From positions 1,920,001 to 1,984,000 of the forward strand of contig CAXXLX010000001.1 of NCBI GenBank assembly GCA_963665235.2: DNA of 64,000 nucleotides. Direction: 5' to 3'. The stretch comes from Candidatus Poribacteria bacterium. GTDB lineage: Bacteria > Poribacteria > WGA-4E > WGA-3G. The notes beneath the pieces were generated by a model that worked only from the letters and a program-made list of their open reading frames with translations, was not told the DNA's origin and did no database searches. A program made the translations under genes and the position numbers. Below, piece after piece: positions 27,182 to 36,632 of the stretch; the first letter of the stretch is position 1; every line of letters starts with the position of its first letter.

Positions 27182-27706
27182 TTAGCTTGCAAGCTGCGCT
27201 AAAAGTTCATCCACCTTTTCCGGTGTTAAATTTTTGTGTAGGTCTTCGTTAACCATAATGACAGGTGCGACATCGCAAGACGCGAGGCACTCTACCTTCA
27301 TAAGCGTAAACTTACCGTCAGCCGTTGTGCCTTTTGCGAGATTCGTTTCCGAGGCAACGTCTGTGCCTAATTTCGCTTTGAGGTGTTCTAAAACGAGCTT
27401 GCAATCCCGCAGGGCACACGGAAGCGTATGACAGACACGGATAACATATTCACCCACCGGTTCTTCAAAAAACATCGGGTAGAACGTCACCACATCTTTT
27501 ACCTTCATCACCGAGACCTCCAGCAGTCCTGCCACATATTGCATCACAGCCGGGGTGATATAGCCTTCCTGCTTTTGGGCGAGGTGAAGTGTCGGCAGCA
27601 TCGCCGCTTCCTTAATCGGATATCGCCCTATCAATTCGTCGAATTCACGTTGATTTTCTTCGTTAAACGCGAAAGGTGTTTCTATTTGAATGAGTTCATC
27701 TGACAT
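27182..27706 (-). CDS. nuoE: NADH-quinone oxidoreductase subunit E
   Basis: VTFYPMF, VCHTLPC, ECLASCDVAP 2Fe-2S motif. Confidence 0.96.
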   Translation of the reverse strand: MSDELIQIETPFAFNEENQREFDELIGRYPIKEAAMLPTLHLAQKQEGYITPAVMQYVAGLLEVSVMKVKDVVTFYPMFFEEPVGEYVIRVCHTLPCALRDCKLVLEHLKAKLGTDVASETNLAKGTTADGKFTLMKVECLASCDVAPVIMVNEDLHKNLTPEKVDELLAQLAS

Positions 27707-27721
27707 AAATATTTCTTTCCT

Positions 27722-28063
27722 TTAATAGTCCCCGTAAAACTGAATACGGTTGCCTTCCGGATCGCGGATATCGAAAATGGCATGTCCGTCGTTATTTTCA
27801 AGTTTCCGTAATCGCTTCCCTTTTGATTTCAGTCGCTGATGAACAGCACTCACGCTTTCGACGTGAAACATCAGTTTTTGTCTCCCTTCGTTGGGTTTGC
27901 TGGCACTATGGAGACACAACGTGCAGGCACCTGCCTTAAAACGGAAAAACCGGTGTTCTGGGAACGGCTGGTCTTCGTCTGGCACTAATCCGATAACGTC
28001 CCTATAAAACGCAATGACAGCCTTCATGTTTTTGACGAAAAGCATAACGCCTGTGAGTTCCAT
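27722..28063 (-). CDS. VOC (glyoxalase/bleomycin-resistance) family protein
   Basis: LFVKNM..FYRDVIGL, FHVESV, RDPEGNRI. Confidence 0.85.
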   Translation of the reverse strand: MELTGVMLFVKNMKAVIAFYRDVIGLVPDEDQPFPEHRFFRFKAGACTLCLHSASKPNEGRQKLMFHVESVSAVHQRLKSKGKRLRKLENNDGHAIFDIRDPEGNRIQFYGDY

Positions 28064-28105
28064 GGAATCCTCCTAAACTAAAACAGATAATACGTTCTGA
28101 CAAAA

Positions 28106-29302
28106 TTACCGATCTAATTCGCCCGCGATGACGTTCAAACTTCCTAACACCGCCACCGTGTCGGAGACCATACCGCCTTCTAACATACGCGGCAGTGCCT
28201 GGAAGTGTAGGAAACTCGGCGGCCGGATACGAATACGATAAGCGGTGCCGCTGCCATCGCTGACTATATAAAAACCGAGTTCACCGTTGGGTGATTCGGT
28301 TGCACAATAGTGTTCGCCCTTTGGCGGCTGCACGCCGTGTCCATCCATAACAATTTTAAAGTGATGGATTAATCCCTCGATATGCCCATAAGCATCGGAC
28401 TTGTTTGGCATCGTAATTTTGTTATCCTCCAGGTTCACCGGTCCGTCGGGGAGATTCTCTAGTGCCTGTTTAATTATACCGCAACTTTGAATCATCTCCT
28501 CCATCCGGACGAGGTATCGGTCATAGGCATCGCCATTGGTACCGACTGGGACCTCAAACGTCAATTCATCATAACTGGAATATGGTTCAGCCTTGCGGAT
28601 ATCGTGTGCTATGCCAGTGGCTCGGAGACAGGGCCCTGTTAGTCCATAATTAATCGCATCATCAGCTGAAATAGGTCCAACGCCTTTTGTCCGGTCCATC
28701 CAGATGCGATTCTTTGTGAGGAGCGTATGGGTTTCTTTGAGTGCCTTCGGGAAGTTGGTGACGAATTGTCGTACATCTTCCTCACAACCGTCATAAAGGT
28801 CCCGGAGAACGCCACCGACGCGTGTGTAACTAGTTGTCAACCGTGCGCCGGTAGTCTTTTCAAAGATGCTATACAATTTCTCGCGTTCACGGAAGCTATA
28901 GAGGAATACTGAAAATGCCCCTAAGTCCAGTGCGGCAGTTCCCAGCCATAACAGATGGTCCGCGATGCGGGAAAGCTCTGCCATCAAAATCCGGATATAT
29001 TGACACCGTTTTGTAACTTCAATGCCGAGTAGCTGCTCGACAGCGAGCACATACCCAAAATTGTTGGATAACGGCGACAGATAGTTCATCCGATCGGTCA
29101 CAACGATGTATTGGTTGTAATCTAAGTGTTCACCTAATTTCTCGAACCCGGTATGCAAATAACCGAGATGCGGTGTGGCTTTCACAATAGATTCGCCATC
29201 TAATTCTAATACAATCCGAAGCGTACCGTGTGTTGCCGGATGTTGGGGCCCAAAACTGAGCACCATTTTCTCGCCTGTTGCCCGTTCCATCTCACCGTGC
29301 AT
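28106..29302 (-). CDS. nuoD: NADH-quinone oxidoreductase subunit D
   Basis: GPQHPATHGTLR, GYLHTGFEK, ESPNGELG, GELDR. Confidence 0.97.
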   Translation of the reverse strand: MHGEMERATGEKMVLSFGPQHPATHGTLRIVLELDGESIVKATPHLGYLHTGFEKLGEHLDYNQYIVVTDRMNYLSPLSNNFGYVLAVEQLLGIEVTKRCQYIRILMAELSRIADHLLWLGTAALDLGAFSVFLYSFREREKLYSIFEKTTGARLTTSYTRVGGVLRDLYDGCEEDVRQFVTNFPKALKETHTLLTKNRIWMDRTKGVGPISADDAINYGLTGPCLRATGIAHDIRKAEPYSSYDELTFEVPVGTNGDAYDRYLVRMEEMIQSCGIIKQALENLPDGPVNLEDNKITMPNKSDAYGHIEGLIHHFKIVMDGHGVQPPKGEHYCATESPNGELGFYIVSDGSGTAYRIRIRPPSFLHFQALPRMLEGGMVSDTVAVLGSLNVIAGELDR

Positions 29303-29361
29303 AAGATACTCCTTTCCTGTTTTGATTCACGTCCCTTGTTCGTTGCTGCTGCCATTAGCGG

Positions 29362-29907
29362 TTATGCGTTCTGCTTATCAAAGTTGAAACGTTCCCGTTC
29401 GCCCCGGCCGCGTAGCGGATAATCCTTTCGGAGGGGATGCCCCTCAAAATCGTCCGGCATTAAAATCCGGCGGAGGTCCGGATGCCCCTCAAAATGGATG
29501 CCGAACATATCGTACGTTTCCCGCTCCAGCCAGTTCGCGCCTTTCCACAACGCTGTCACCGATGGCACTTGCAAATCCGATTCATGCACCGGTACTTTGA
29601 CCCGTATCCGGGCCGTTTCCCCTTGATATGCATAGAGATGGTAGACCACCATGAATCTTGCATAATCGAACTGCATCAGCTCCGATTCTAATTTGGAATT
29701 GTCTACGGCTGTTACGTCCACGAGATAGGTGTACGCGAGTTCCGTTTTGAGGTATTCCAGTAGCGCGTAGCTGTTTTCTTTGCCAATGATGACGGTGACA
29801 CCGTCACGGTTTTCCGTGATTGCAATAATATTTTCCGCGTACTGCTCCTGAAGTTTTTGGATGACAAGCGGTTGCGTCTCTTCCGTAACCTCTTTTTCTT
29901 CAGCCAT
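29362..29907 (-). CDS. nuoC: NADH-quinone oxidoreductase subunit C
   Basis: [34 protein letters not shown]. Confidence 0.97.
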   Translation of the reverse strand: MAEEKEVTEETQPLVIQKLQEQYAENIIAITENRDGVTVIIGKENSYALLEYLKTELAYTYLVDVTAVDNSKLESELMQFDYARFMVVYHLYAYQGETARIRVKVPVHESDLQVPSVTALWKGANWLERETYDMFGIHFEGHPDLRRILMPDDFEGHPLRKDYPLRGRGERERFNFDKQNA

Positions 29908-30395
29908 TATGCACCTTCAGCCCCTTTGGGGAGCGCGCCTTTCTGAATCTGCCGTTGTACCTGCATGACAGCATCGATTAAATCTTCGGGTCGCGGTGGG
30001 CACCCCGGGATGTAGACATCAACCGGAATGAACTGGTCAACGCCTTGGATTAAGGTATAGGTATCAAAGACACCGCCACAGGAGGCACAGGCCCCCATTG
30101 AGATAACCCACTTCGGTTCTGGCATTTGGTCGTAAATGCGCTTTAGGACAGGCATCATCTTGATGGAAATCCGCCCGGAAACGATGAGCAGGTCAGATTG
30201 CCGTGGCGAAAACCGAATCGCCTCTGAACCGAATCGAGACAGATCGAATTTTGAGGCGAGCGTTGCCATCATCTCTATGGCGCAACACGCTGTGCCGAAC
30301 GGCATCGGCCACAGTGAATTCTTTCTGCCCCAATTGACGACCTTATCGATGGTTGTCGTGAGAAAGTTGCCATCACCTCTATTTTCTAATCCCAT
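29907..30395 (-). CDS. nuoB: NADH-quinone oxidoreductase subunit B
   Basis: [28 protein letters not shown]; start moved to ATG 30395. Confidence 0.97.
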   Translation of the reverse strand: MGLENRGDGNFLTTTIDKVVNWGRKNSLWPMPFGTACCAIEMMATLASKFDLSRFGSEAIRFSPRQSDLLIVSGRISIKMMPVLKRIYDQMPEPKWVISMGACASCGGVFDTYTLIQGVDQFIPVDVYIPGCPPRPEDLIDAVMQVQRQIQKGALPKGAEGA

Positions 30396-30757
30396 GTTAA
30401 ACCTCCTTTCCGCCAAGCATAGATATAGCCTAGCAGAAGAATACCGATGAATATTAACATTTCAATTAAAATAAACGCCCCACTCACCCCATCGGATGGA
30501 TTGTTGAAGAACAGTGCCCAGGGATAGAGGAACACCACTTCAATATCAAAAATGATAAAAAGCATCGCGATGAGATCGAACCGGATGGTAAACCGTTGCC
30601 TTGCATCACCAACAGGATTCACGCCGGATTCATATACAGACAACTTGACCGGTGTCGGTTTTTTCGGTCCTAAAAGATGGGTTAGGGCGAGATTAACAGC
30701 CGCAAAGACGACTGCGAATCCCCCTAAAAGCACTATCGGGAGATAATCTGTTAACAT
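30386..30757 (-). CDS. nuoA: NADH-quinone oxidoreductase subunit A
   Basis: [29 protein letters not shown]; start moved to ATG 30757. Confidence 0.96.
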   Translation of the reverse strand: MLTDYLPIVLLGGFAVVFAAVNLALTHLLGPKKPTPVKLSVYESGVNPVGDARQRFTIRFDLIAMLFIIFDIEVVFLYPWALFFNNPSDGVSGAFILIEMLIFIGILLLGYIYAWRKGGLTWD

Positions 30758-30950
30758 TTGCTCTAATCTATCTGAAACCTTCGGCAATAGGAGAGCTGCC
30801 TCCCTTTGCCAGTAATTACCGCCGATGGGTAGTTTTGTGTTCAAACTTACAAACGAATTTGTGATACTACGTTATAGTTTTACATATTTTGAAAAAAGTG
30901 TCAAGTCTTTTTCAAAAAAAAGAGTGTGTAAAGTTTTTAACACGTCAGCT

Positions 30951-31026
30951 GCTATAAAACATAACGCCCCTCATAGGGGCTAGGAGAGGAGGGCGTTCTG
31001 TGCTTCTATAAGCATATCGTTCCTAC
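30951..31026. repeat. Palindromic intergenic repeat pair (ctataa..cata..gcccct..ggggct type)
   Basis: gctataaaacataacgcccctcataggggct and degenerate ctataagcatatcgttcctac. Confidence 0.45.
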
Positions 31027-31065
31027 ACAACTAATACCATTTCTAATTGAAAATGTCTCTTTCTT

Positions 31066-31120
31066 GTAGCATAAACTTCCAGTTTGTGTGCTTTATCGTA
31101 GCATAAACTTCCAGTTTGGG
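31066..31120 (+). repeat. Two tandem GTAG-type REP-like repeats
   Basis: gtagcataaacttccagtttg x2; same family as 32708-32768. Confidence 0.75.
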
Positions 31121-31167
31121 TCTTCCGTTCTCCGTTTCATTTCTAACAACCGGTAACGATAGAATAA

Positions 31168-32331
31168 TTAATAAAAATGGTATAAGAAGGAGGGACGGAA
31201 ACCCCTGCTTCTATACAACGCAGTTACCGGAACCCGCAGCGAAGCCGTTACGTTGCGCCAAACCGCTTTGAACGCATTCCGATATGCCGGTAAAAGCGAC
31301 TTTAATTGACCCCAAGGTGTCGGCAGTTTCCCTTCAGGTGAAACAGATAGTGCCTTATCGTCTATCCAATCGGGGAAAGAATCGCTGCCCGGATGCTCTG
31401 TCAAACGTGTGAACTTACCGGTCGCAATATGATACTTGTACAGATTATAAGGGTGCAACAGTCCTTTTACCGGTTCCTTCAACTGGACTTTGTATGTGCT
31501 GAGAAGCACTGAGTTTCCGTTATCCATCCAGGCAAGTCCCGCACACCTATAGTTCTTTGGTATGAAGGCTAACCGCCGCGATGTTCCACGGTTGATATCG
31601 TAAATGAAATACTTATAGGCTTGTGGGATAAAGCGTCCTACACCATCTATGACCTCAAAGGTTTTTTCGCTTTGTAAATACAGTATCTGTTGGTCTCCAT
31701 TGGGTGCGGATGCCCATCTCGGGTAGACTCTATCGATAAGCGGTTGCTTTGGTAGTGGGGGTAGCAGTTCGTGTGGTTTGTGTCCATCCGCATCCATCAT
31801 CCAAAGATTGGAACCGGTTCTTCCAAGGATCGAAAAGGGTGTAAATACAATCTTCTTACCATCCGGGGACCAAACCGGCCAGTTCGCACCGAGCTCGGCA
31901 ATATGTTCAATTGCACCGGTTGCTAAATCCATCACACATATAAAAGATGTGCTTTTGTTGTTTCTTCTCACGTCTTGGTTAAAAACAATAGACGTGCCAT
32001 CGGGTGAGAAAGAAGGGTCCCAGTCATCCAAATTATCCGGTGGTGTGAGTTGGCGTATATTGCTGCCATCTGCATTCATAATGAAGATATGATTGATTAG
32101 CAAATCGTTCGGGTTCACTTGTCTATAGAACACAATTTGTCTGCCATCCGGGGACCAACGAGGGGAACTTGGATTCAGCACGTCAGTTAGGAGTGTGAGG
32201 TTGCTACCATCATCGTCCATGACGTAGATACCCCGAACGCCATCGAGCTCTGATTCAAACACGATTTTCGCACTCACACCGGTTGAAAAAAAGAGAAATA
32301 TCAGGCAGAAACTTGCTATAAGTAGGCGCAT
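31168..32331 (-). CDS. Secreted TolB-like (PD40) beta-propeller protein with GKLPTPWGQLK tail motif
   Basis: Signal peptide; repeated PxWSPDG/PSFSPDG and IxxMxADG. Confidence 0.85.
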   Translation of the reverse strand: MRLLIASFCLIFLFFSTGVSAKIVFESELDGVRGIYVMDDDGSNLTLLTDVLNPSSPRWSPDGRQIVFYRQVNPNDLLINHIFIMNADGSNIRQLTPPDNLDDWDPSFSPDGTSIVFNQDVRRNNKSTSFICVMDLATGAIEHIAELGANWPVWSPDGKKIVFTPFSILGRTGSNLWMMDADGHKPHELLPPLPKQPLIDRVYPRWASAPNGDQQILYLQSEKTFEVIDGVGRFIPQAYKYFIYDINRGTSRRLAFIPKNYRCAGLAWMDNGNSVLLSTYKVQLKEPVKGLLHPYNLYKYHIATGKFTRLTEHPGSDSFPDWIDDKALSVSPEGKLPTPWGQLKSLLPAYRNAFKAVWRNVTASLRVPVTALYRSRGFRPSFLYHFY

Positions 32332-32384
32332 GAGTAAACTCCTTTTTTTAACGTTGATAAATGATACAAAGTAGACTTAATGTG

Positions 32385-32414
32385 ATTATAGCAGGGATCC
32401 TGTTTTTGTGTCAA
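32385..32414 (-). promoter_or_regulatory. Sigma70-type promoter of TolB-like gene
   Basis: TTGACA-N18-TATAAT with extended TG. Confidence 0.65.
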
Positions 32415-32643
32415 CAAAAAACTTAGTGTTCAAAAAAATCACATTATTTTTAAAGATTGCTGAGAAAATTGGCGGTTTTTTGGTAAGATTAATCGCTGCG
32501 CCAGCGGAAGAATTTATGTTTCAACGTCACATGTCACAAGCCTGTTCCTATCCCTATAAAGATTAAAAAATTGATTCGGTAATTTCCGGACCCTAGACAT
32601 CTGCTCTAATGTTTCTCTTGTGTGCGATCTATTATCTTGACCT

Positions 32644-32781
32644 AAGTTGCCACCTATAAATTTTTAGACTTGGGAACGCCGTTTTTAGTCAAAAACTGCT
32701 GATAATTGTAGCGTGAACTTCCTAGTTCGCGCCCTTATGGAAGACCCAAACTAGGAAGTTTGTGCTACTATGTGGCAACTT
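32644..32781. mobile_element. Putative MITE/REPIN-like element containing an inverted GTAG-REP pair
   Basis: Outer IR aagttgccac/gtggcaactt; inner gtagcgtgaacttcctagtt ... aactaggaagtttgtgctac (32708-32768). Confidence 0.5.
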
Positions 32782-32796
32782 GCGTTATTATCTTGT

Positions 32797-33004
32797 TGTC
32801 TGAATCACGGAAGGCGCGGAGAACACAGAGGACGCGGAAAGGGTTTATGTGTCTCGGACATTTCCTTTCGCGAGAGACGAGTCGGTAACAAAGGCTCTCT
32901 TAATTCCGCGTTCTCCGCGAAAGGAACATCTCGCCTCTTGTGTGTCGCCTGTGACACAACAGGAGAGATGTTCCTTTCCTCTGTGATAATCCGCGATTCA
33001 GACA
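32797..33004. mobile_element. Putative 208-bp MITE-like structured element
   Basis: Terminal IR tgtctgaatcacgga / tccgcgattcagaca (14/15 match); internal hairpins. Confidence 0.55.
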
Positions 33005-33046
33005 GAAAAGAGAGCAGAAGGACCGAATTTAAAAACTAATCTTCAT

Positions 33047-33688
33047 TTAGGGAGACAACCGTTGCATTCGCCAATTGCCATCATCTGTTAGCGTCCAGCG
33101 GAGCCGGTCGTGGAGGCGGCTTGGGCATCCCTGCCAAAATTCAAAGGTCCGTGGTACAAGTCTATACCCTCCCCAATGTGGTGGACGCGGAATATTGTTA
33201 TCGGGATAGGTCTGTCGTGCCTGCTCAAAACGTGCGGTTAGGTGTTCTCTTCCCGCTATCACGATGCTTTGACGTTCTGTCCAGACTGCAAGCTTGCTGT
33301 CAGTAGGACGGTTCGCGAAATATGCATCCGATTCTTCGGCTGTCATCTTTTTTACTCTCCCAGCAATTCGCACCTGTCGGTCGAGTTCACGCCAGTAAAA
33401 CACAAGTACAGCATGCGGGTTCGCCGCCAATTCCCGCCCCTTTTGACTGTCATAATCTGTGTAGAAACAGAAACCGCTATCATCAAAACCCCTGAGGACA
33501 ACCATCCGAGCAGAGGGAATTCCAGCGGGGGTTGCGGTTGCCAAGGTCATTGCATCAGGCAGGTCGATGTCAGCATCTATTGCATCGGTAAACCACTTTT
33601 CGAATTGGTCAAACGGATTTTTAGTTACACTGTTTTCGGTCAATTCGGTAGGGTGTTGATATTCTCTGCGAAGTTTGTCGGTTTTCAT
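33047..33688 (-). CDS. pdxH: Pyridoxamine 5'-phosphate oxidase
   Basis: AMTLAT..PSARMVVL, RQVRI, RPPHWGG, EFWQG..RLHDR, RLSP; start moved to ATG 33688. Confidence 0.96.
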   Translation of the reverse strand: MKTDKLRREYQHPTELTENSVTKNPFDQFEKWFTDAIDADIDLPDAMTLATATPAGIPSARMVVLRGFDDSGFCFYTDYDSQKGRELAANPHAVLVFYWRELDRQVRIAGRVKKMTAEESDAYFANRPTDSKLAVWTERQSIVIAGREHLTARFEQARQTYPDNNIPRPPHWGGYRLVPRTFEFWQGCPSRLHDRLRWTLTDDGNWRMQRLSP

Positions 33689-33689
33689 A

Positions 33690-35201
33690 TTATTTTTTCC
33701 AGAAATTGGTTGAAAAGAGGATAAGGACAGTATAGATTTCCAAACGGCCGAGTAGCATACAGAAGGACAGGATAAATTTGCCAGCGGTTGCGATGTGTGC
33801 ATAGTTATCAGTGGGCCCCACGCTGCCGAGTCCGGGACCGATATTGCCCATTGTTGCAATTGTGCATGCTGCTGCACTGACCAAATCTAATCCGAGGGCC
33901 GCCATAACACAGGTCACAATTGCAAAAATCCCGATAAAGAAGAAGAAGAAACCGAGAACGTTTGTAAGCACTTCGGGCGGCACGATTCTGTCGTTAACCC
34001 GAACGGGGAGGACCGCGTGTGGGAAGATAAGCCGTTTAATCTCCGCACCGCTCTGTTTGATAAGCAGTAAAAATCGGAGCTGCTTCATTCCGCCACCTGT
34101 AGAGCCCGCACATCCACCGTAGAACATGAGGGTCACTAGAATGAATTGTGATAGGTAGGGCCACTGTTCAAAATCGGTAGTGCCGTATCCTGTCGTTGTA
34201 ATGATAGAGAGGGCTTGGAACATGCTGTATCGTATAGAATCGGGGACAGAGTCATAAGGAATGCTTCCGTTAACCCCTTCAAATCTGATAGTGTTCCATC
34301 CGACGATAGTGACGCTTAAGAAGATGACGAAGCAGTAGAATCGGAATTCGGTATCTTGGATATGGCTTTTGAAATTGCCGAGGATGATTGCGCGGTAATG
34401 TAGGGCGAAATTGGTTCCCGCGATAAACATAAACACCATGATAACCGTCTCAATATAGACGCTATCGTAATGCCCGATGCTGGCGTTTTTGGTTGAAAAT
34501 CCGCCGGTTGCCATGGTCCCAAACGTGTGGCAGAGGGCATCAAAGAGTGTCATGTCACCGACCCAGAGAAGCACCGTTTCCAGGAACGAGAGTACGATAT
34601 AGACCCCCCAGAGCAGTTTAGCAGTTTGCGCGATGCGCGGTGTCAACCGCTCGGTTTGGGGGCCGGGGGCTTCGGCGCGAAACAGCTGCATACCGCCAAC
34701 CCCGAGCATCGGAAGAATTGCCACAGCAAGCACAACAATCCCCATGCCACCGAGCCAATGGCTGAAGCTGCGCCAAAATAGCATGGAATGTGAGAGACGC
34801 TCAATATCTGTCAACACAGTAGCCCCGGTTGTTGAGAAGCCGGACATAGATTCGAAATAGCAGAAGGAAAATTCTGTCCAGGGTGCCTGGCCAGCTGCAC
34901 CGAAAACATCTGCGAAGAGGTACGGAAACGCCCCAAAGAAAGCAACGGTCAACCATCCCAGGGCGACAATAGCGAAGCCTTCCCGTATACCGAGTTCAGG
35001 TTCGGATGGCCTAATAGTAAACCGGAGGATTAATCCGACACTTAGCGTCAAGATAGCCGCGTAAACGAACGCTAACAGGTCGTCTTTCGATTCGCCTCCA
35101 CTAAAAAAATAGTAGATAGCTACGCCCAGCGGTATTAGCATCGTGCCCGCAAGGCAAATTAATAGATTCCCGAGGGTGTGAAAAATCAGTTTACGGCTCA
35201 T
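33690..35201 (-). CDS. trkH: Trk potassium uptake membrane subunit
   Basis: FESMSGFSTTG, ATGGFS, TTTGY, GSTGGG, NIGPG, GRLE. Confidence 0.96.
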   Translation of the reverse strand: MSRKLIFHTLGNLLICLAGTMLIPLGVAIYYFFSGGESKDDLLAFVYAAILTLSVGLILRFTIRPSEPELGIREGFAIVALGWLTVAFFGAFPYLFADVFGAAGQAPWTEFSFCYFESMSGFSTTGATVLTDIERLSHSMLFWRSFSHWLGGMGIVVLAVAILPMLGVGGMQLFRAEAPGPQTERLTPRIAQTAKLLWGVYIVLSFLETVLLWVGDMTLFDALCHTFGTMATGGFSTKNASIGHYDSVYIETVIMVFMFIAGTNFALHYRAIILGNFKSHIQDTEFRFYCFVIFLSVTIVGWNTIRFEGVNGSIPYDSVPDSIRYSMFQALSIITTTGYGTTDFEQWPYLSQFILVTLMFYGGCAGSTGGGMKQLRFLLLIKQSGAEIKRLIFPHAVLPVRVNDRIVPPEVLTNVLGFFFFFIGIFAIVTCVMAALGLDLVSAAACTIATMGNIGPGLGSVGPTDNYAHIATAGKFILSFCMLLGRLEIYTVLILFSTNFWKK

Positions 35202-35252
35202 AAATATTGACTTAGGATGTGTTGGGGTTTTAAACGGCTTCTACAGAAAACC

Positions 35253-36626
35253 TTAAACTCTCCGGGTGGCAAATAGGTCTTCAATAATCGGAATTGCGTC
35301 TGGCATACAGAAGACGATAACTCGGTCGGCTGGCTGTATGACGCTTTCCCCTGTCGGAATAATGAGTTTTTCGCGTCGAAGAATTGCGCCGATGAAAGCG
35401 TCCTCCGGGAATTTGTCTTTCAAAGTGGACAGCTCTTTGTGTGCGATTTTTGCGTTGACCCCCGCGACGATTTCAATGACTTCCGCATCGATACCGTGCA
35501 GGGAGGCAACAGAAACGATATTTCCGCGGCGGATCAGGCGCAAAATGTTGCTAACAACAGTCAAGTGTCGGCTGACTGCACCATCGAGGCGTGGGATTCG
35601 CGCGAGCAGCGGCAGATAACGCGGCTGTTGAATTAACGCGAGGACACGTTGCGCCCCGTTTTCCTTCGCTGTCATGCATGCCATAATATCGTTTTCGTCG
35701 TCGCCGGTTACGGAGACAAATCCATCTACCTCTTCAACCCCCGCCTCTTCTAACAATTGGAACTGAAGGTAATCGCCGAGAAGCACTGTAGTGCGTTTTA
35801 AGGTTTGCGACGCTAATTCCGCCAATTTTTGGTCCGACTCGATCAGTTTGACATCGGTATTATTTTCCTCAAGTGCACTGGCAAGCCCAATGCCGATGGG
35901 GCTTGCCCCGACGATAATGACGCGTTCCAGCTGCTCATTGAACATTATCCCCGATAGGCGTAACATCTGTTCTACAGACAGCGCACTGCCGATAGCATAG
36001 ACATCGTCCTCTTGTTGAAGAATATCTTTGCCGCGCGGAATAATAACCTCTTGCTGCCCCTGTCTTTTGATAGCAGCAAACCTGATGTCTGAAAGGACAC
36101 CTTGGGCATCCAATTCCGCGAGGGCTTTTCCGATAAAGGGGTTCGTCTGTTTCACCCGGAAGGCAACGAGTTGCACTCTTCCCTCTTCAAATTCAACGAT
36201 TTCTCTCGCTTCAGGTGTTTTTAGGAGCCGTGTGAATTCATTAACACATAGGTATTCCGGGTTCACTAGGAGGTCAATCCCAAAGTCGTTCGGTCTTAAT
36301 CCGCTCTCTTCGGAAAAATAGGCGGGATTTGAGACCCGTGCGATTTTAGTGTTGACCTTGTAGCGGTCCGCAATTTGACAGGCGAGCATGTTAATTTCAT
36401 CGCTGTTGGTCACAGCGATGAGCAATCCGGCATCTTCTATGCCTGCTGCCTTAAGCAGCGTCGGCGATGCCCCTGGCCCACAGAGGGTCTGCATATCTAA
36501 CTGTTCATTGACACGTTGGCAAGCTTCTTCAGATTCGTCAATTAACGCAACGTCGTGTTCTTCAGCAGTTAGCAGTTTGGCAGTATGAAATCCGACTTCG
36601 CCTGCCCCTATGATTATGGCTTTCAT
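35253..36626 (-). CDS. trkA: Trk potassium uptake NAD-binding subunit
   Basis: Two RCK modules (IIGAGEVG; IVGASPIG); adjacent to trkH. Confidence 0.95.
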   Translation of the reverse strand: MKAIIIGAGEVGFHTAKLLTAEEHDVALIDESEEACQRVNEQLDMQTLCGPGASPTLLKAAGIEDAGLLIAVTNSDEINMLACQIADRYKVNTKIARVSNPAYFSEESGLRPNDFGIDLLVNPEYLCVNEFTRLLKTPEAREIVEFEEGRVQLVAFRVKQTNPFIGKALAELDAQGVLSDIRFAAIKRQGQQEVIIPRGKDILQQEDDVYAIGSALSVEQMLRLSGIMFNEQLERVIIVGASPIGIGLASALEENNTDVKLIESDQKLAELASQTLKRTTVLLGDYLQFQLLEEAGVEEVDGFVSVTGDDENDIMACMTAKENGAQRVLALIQQPRYLPLLARIPRLDGAVSRHLTVVSNILRLIRRGNIVSVASLHGIDAEVIEIVAGVNAKIAHKELSTLKDKFPEDAFIGAILRREKLIIPTGESVIQPADRVIVFCMPDAIPIIEDLFATRRV

Positions 36627-36632
36627 TTGATA

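Noticed and set aside
32770-33039. 89-aa plus-strand ORF
   Set aside because: Lies within the IR-bounded repeat element; no RBS or protein motif
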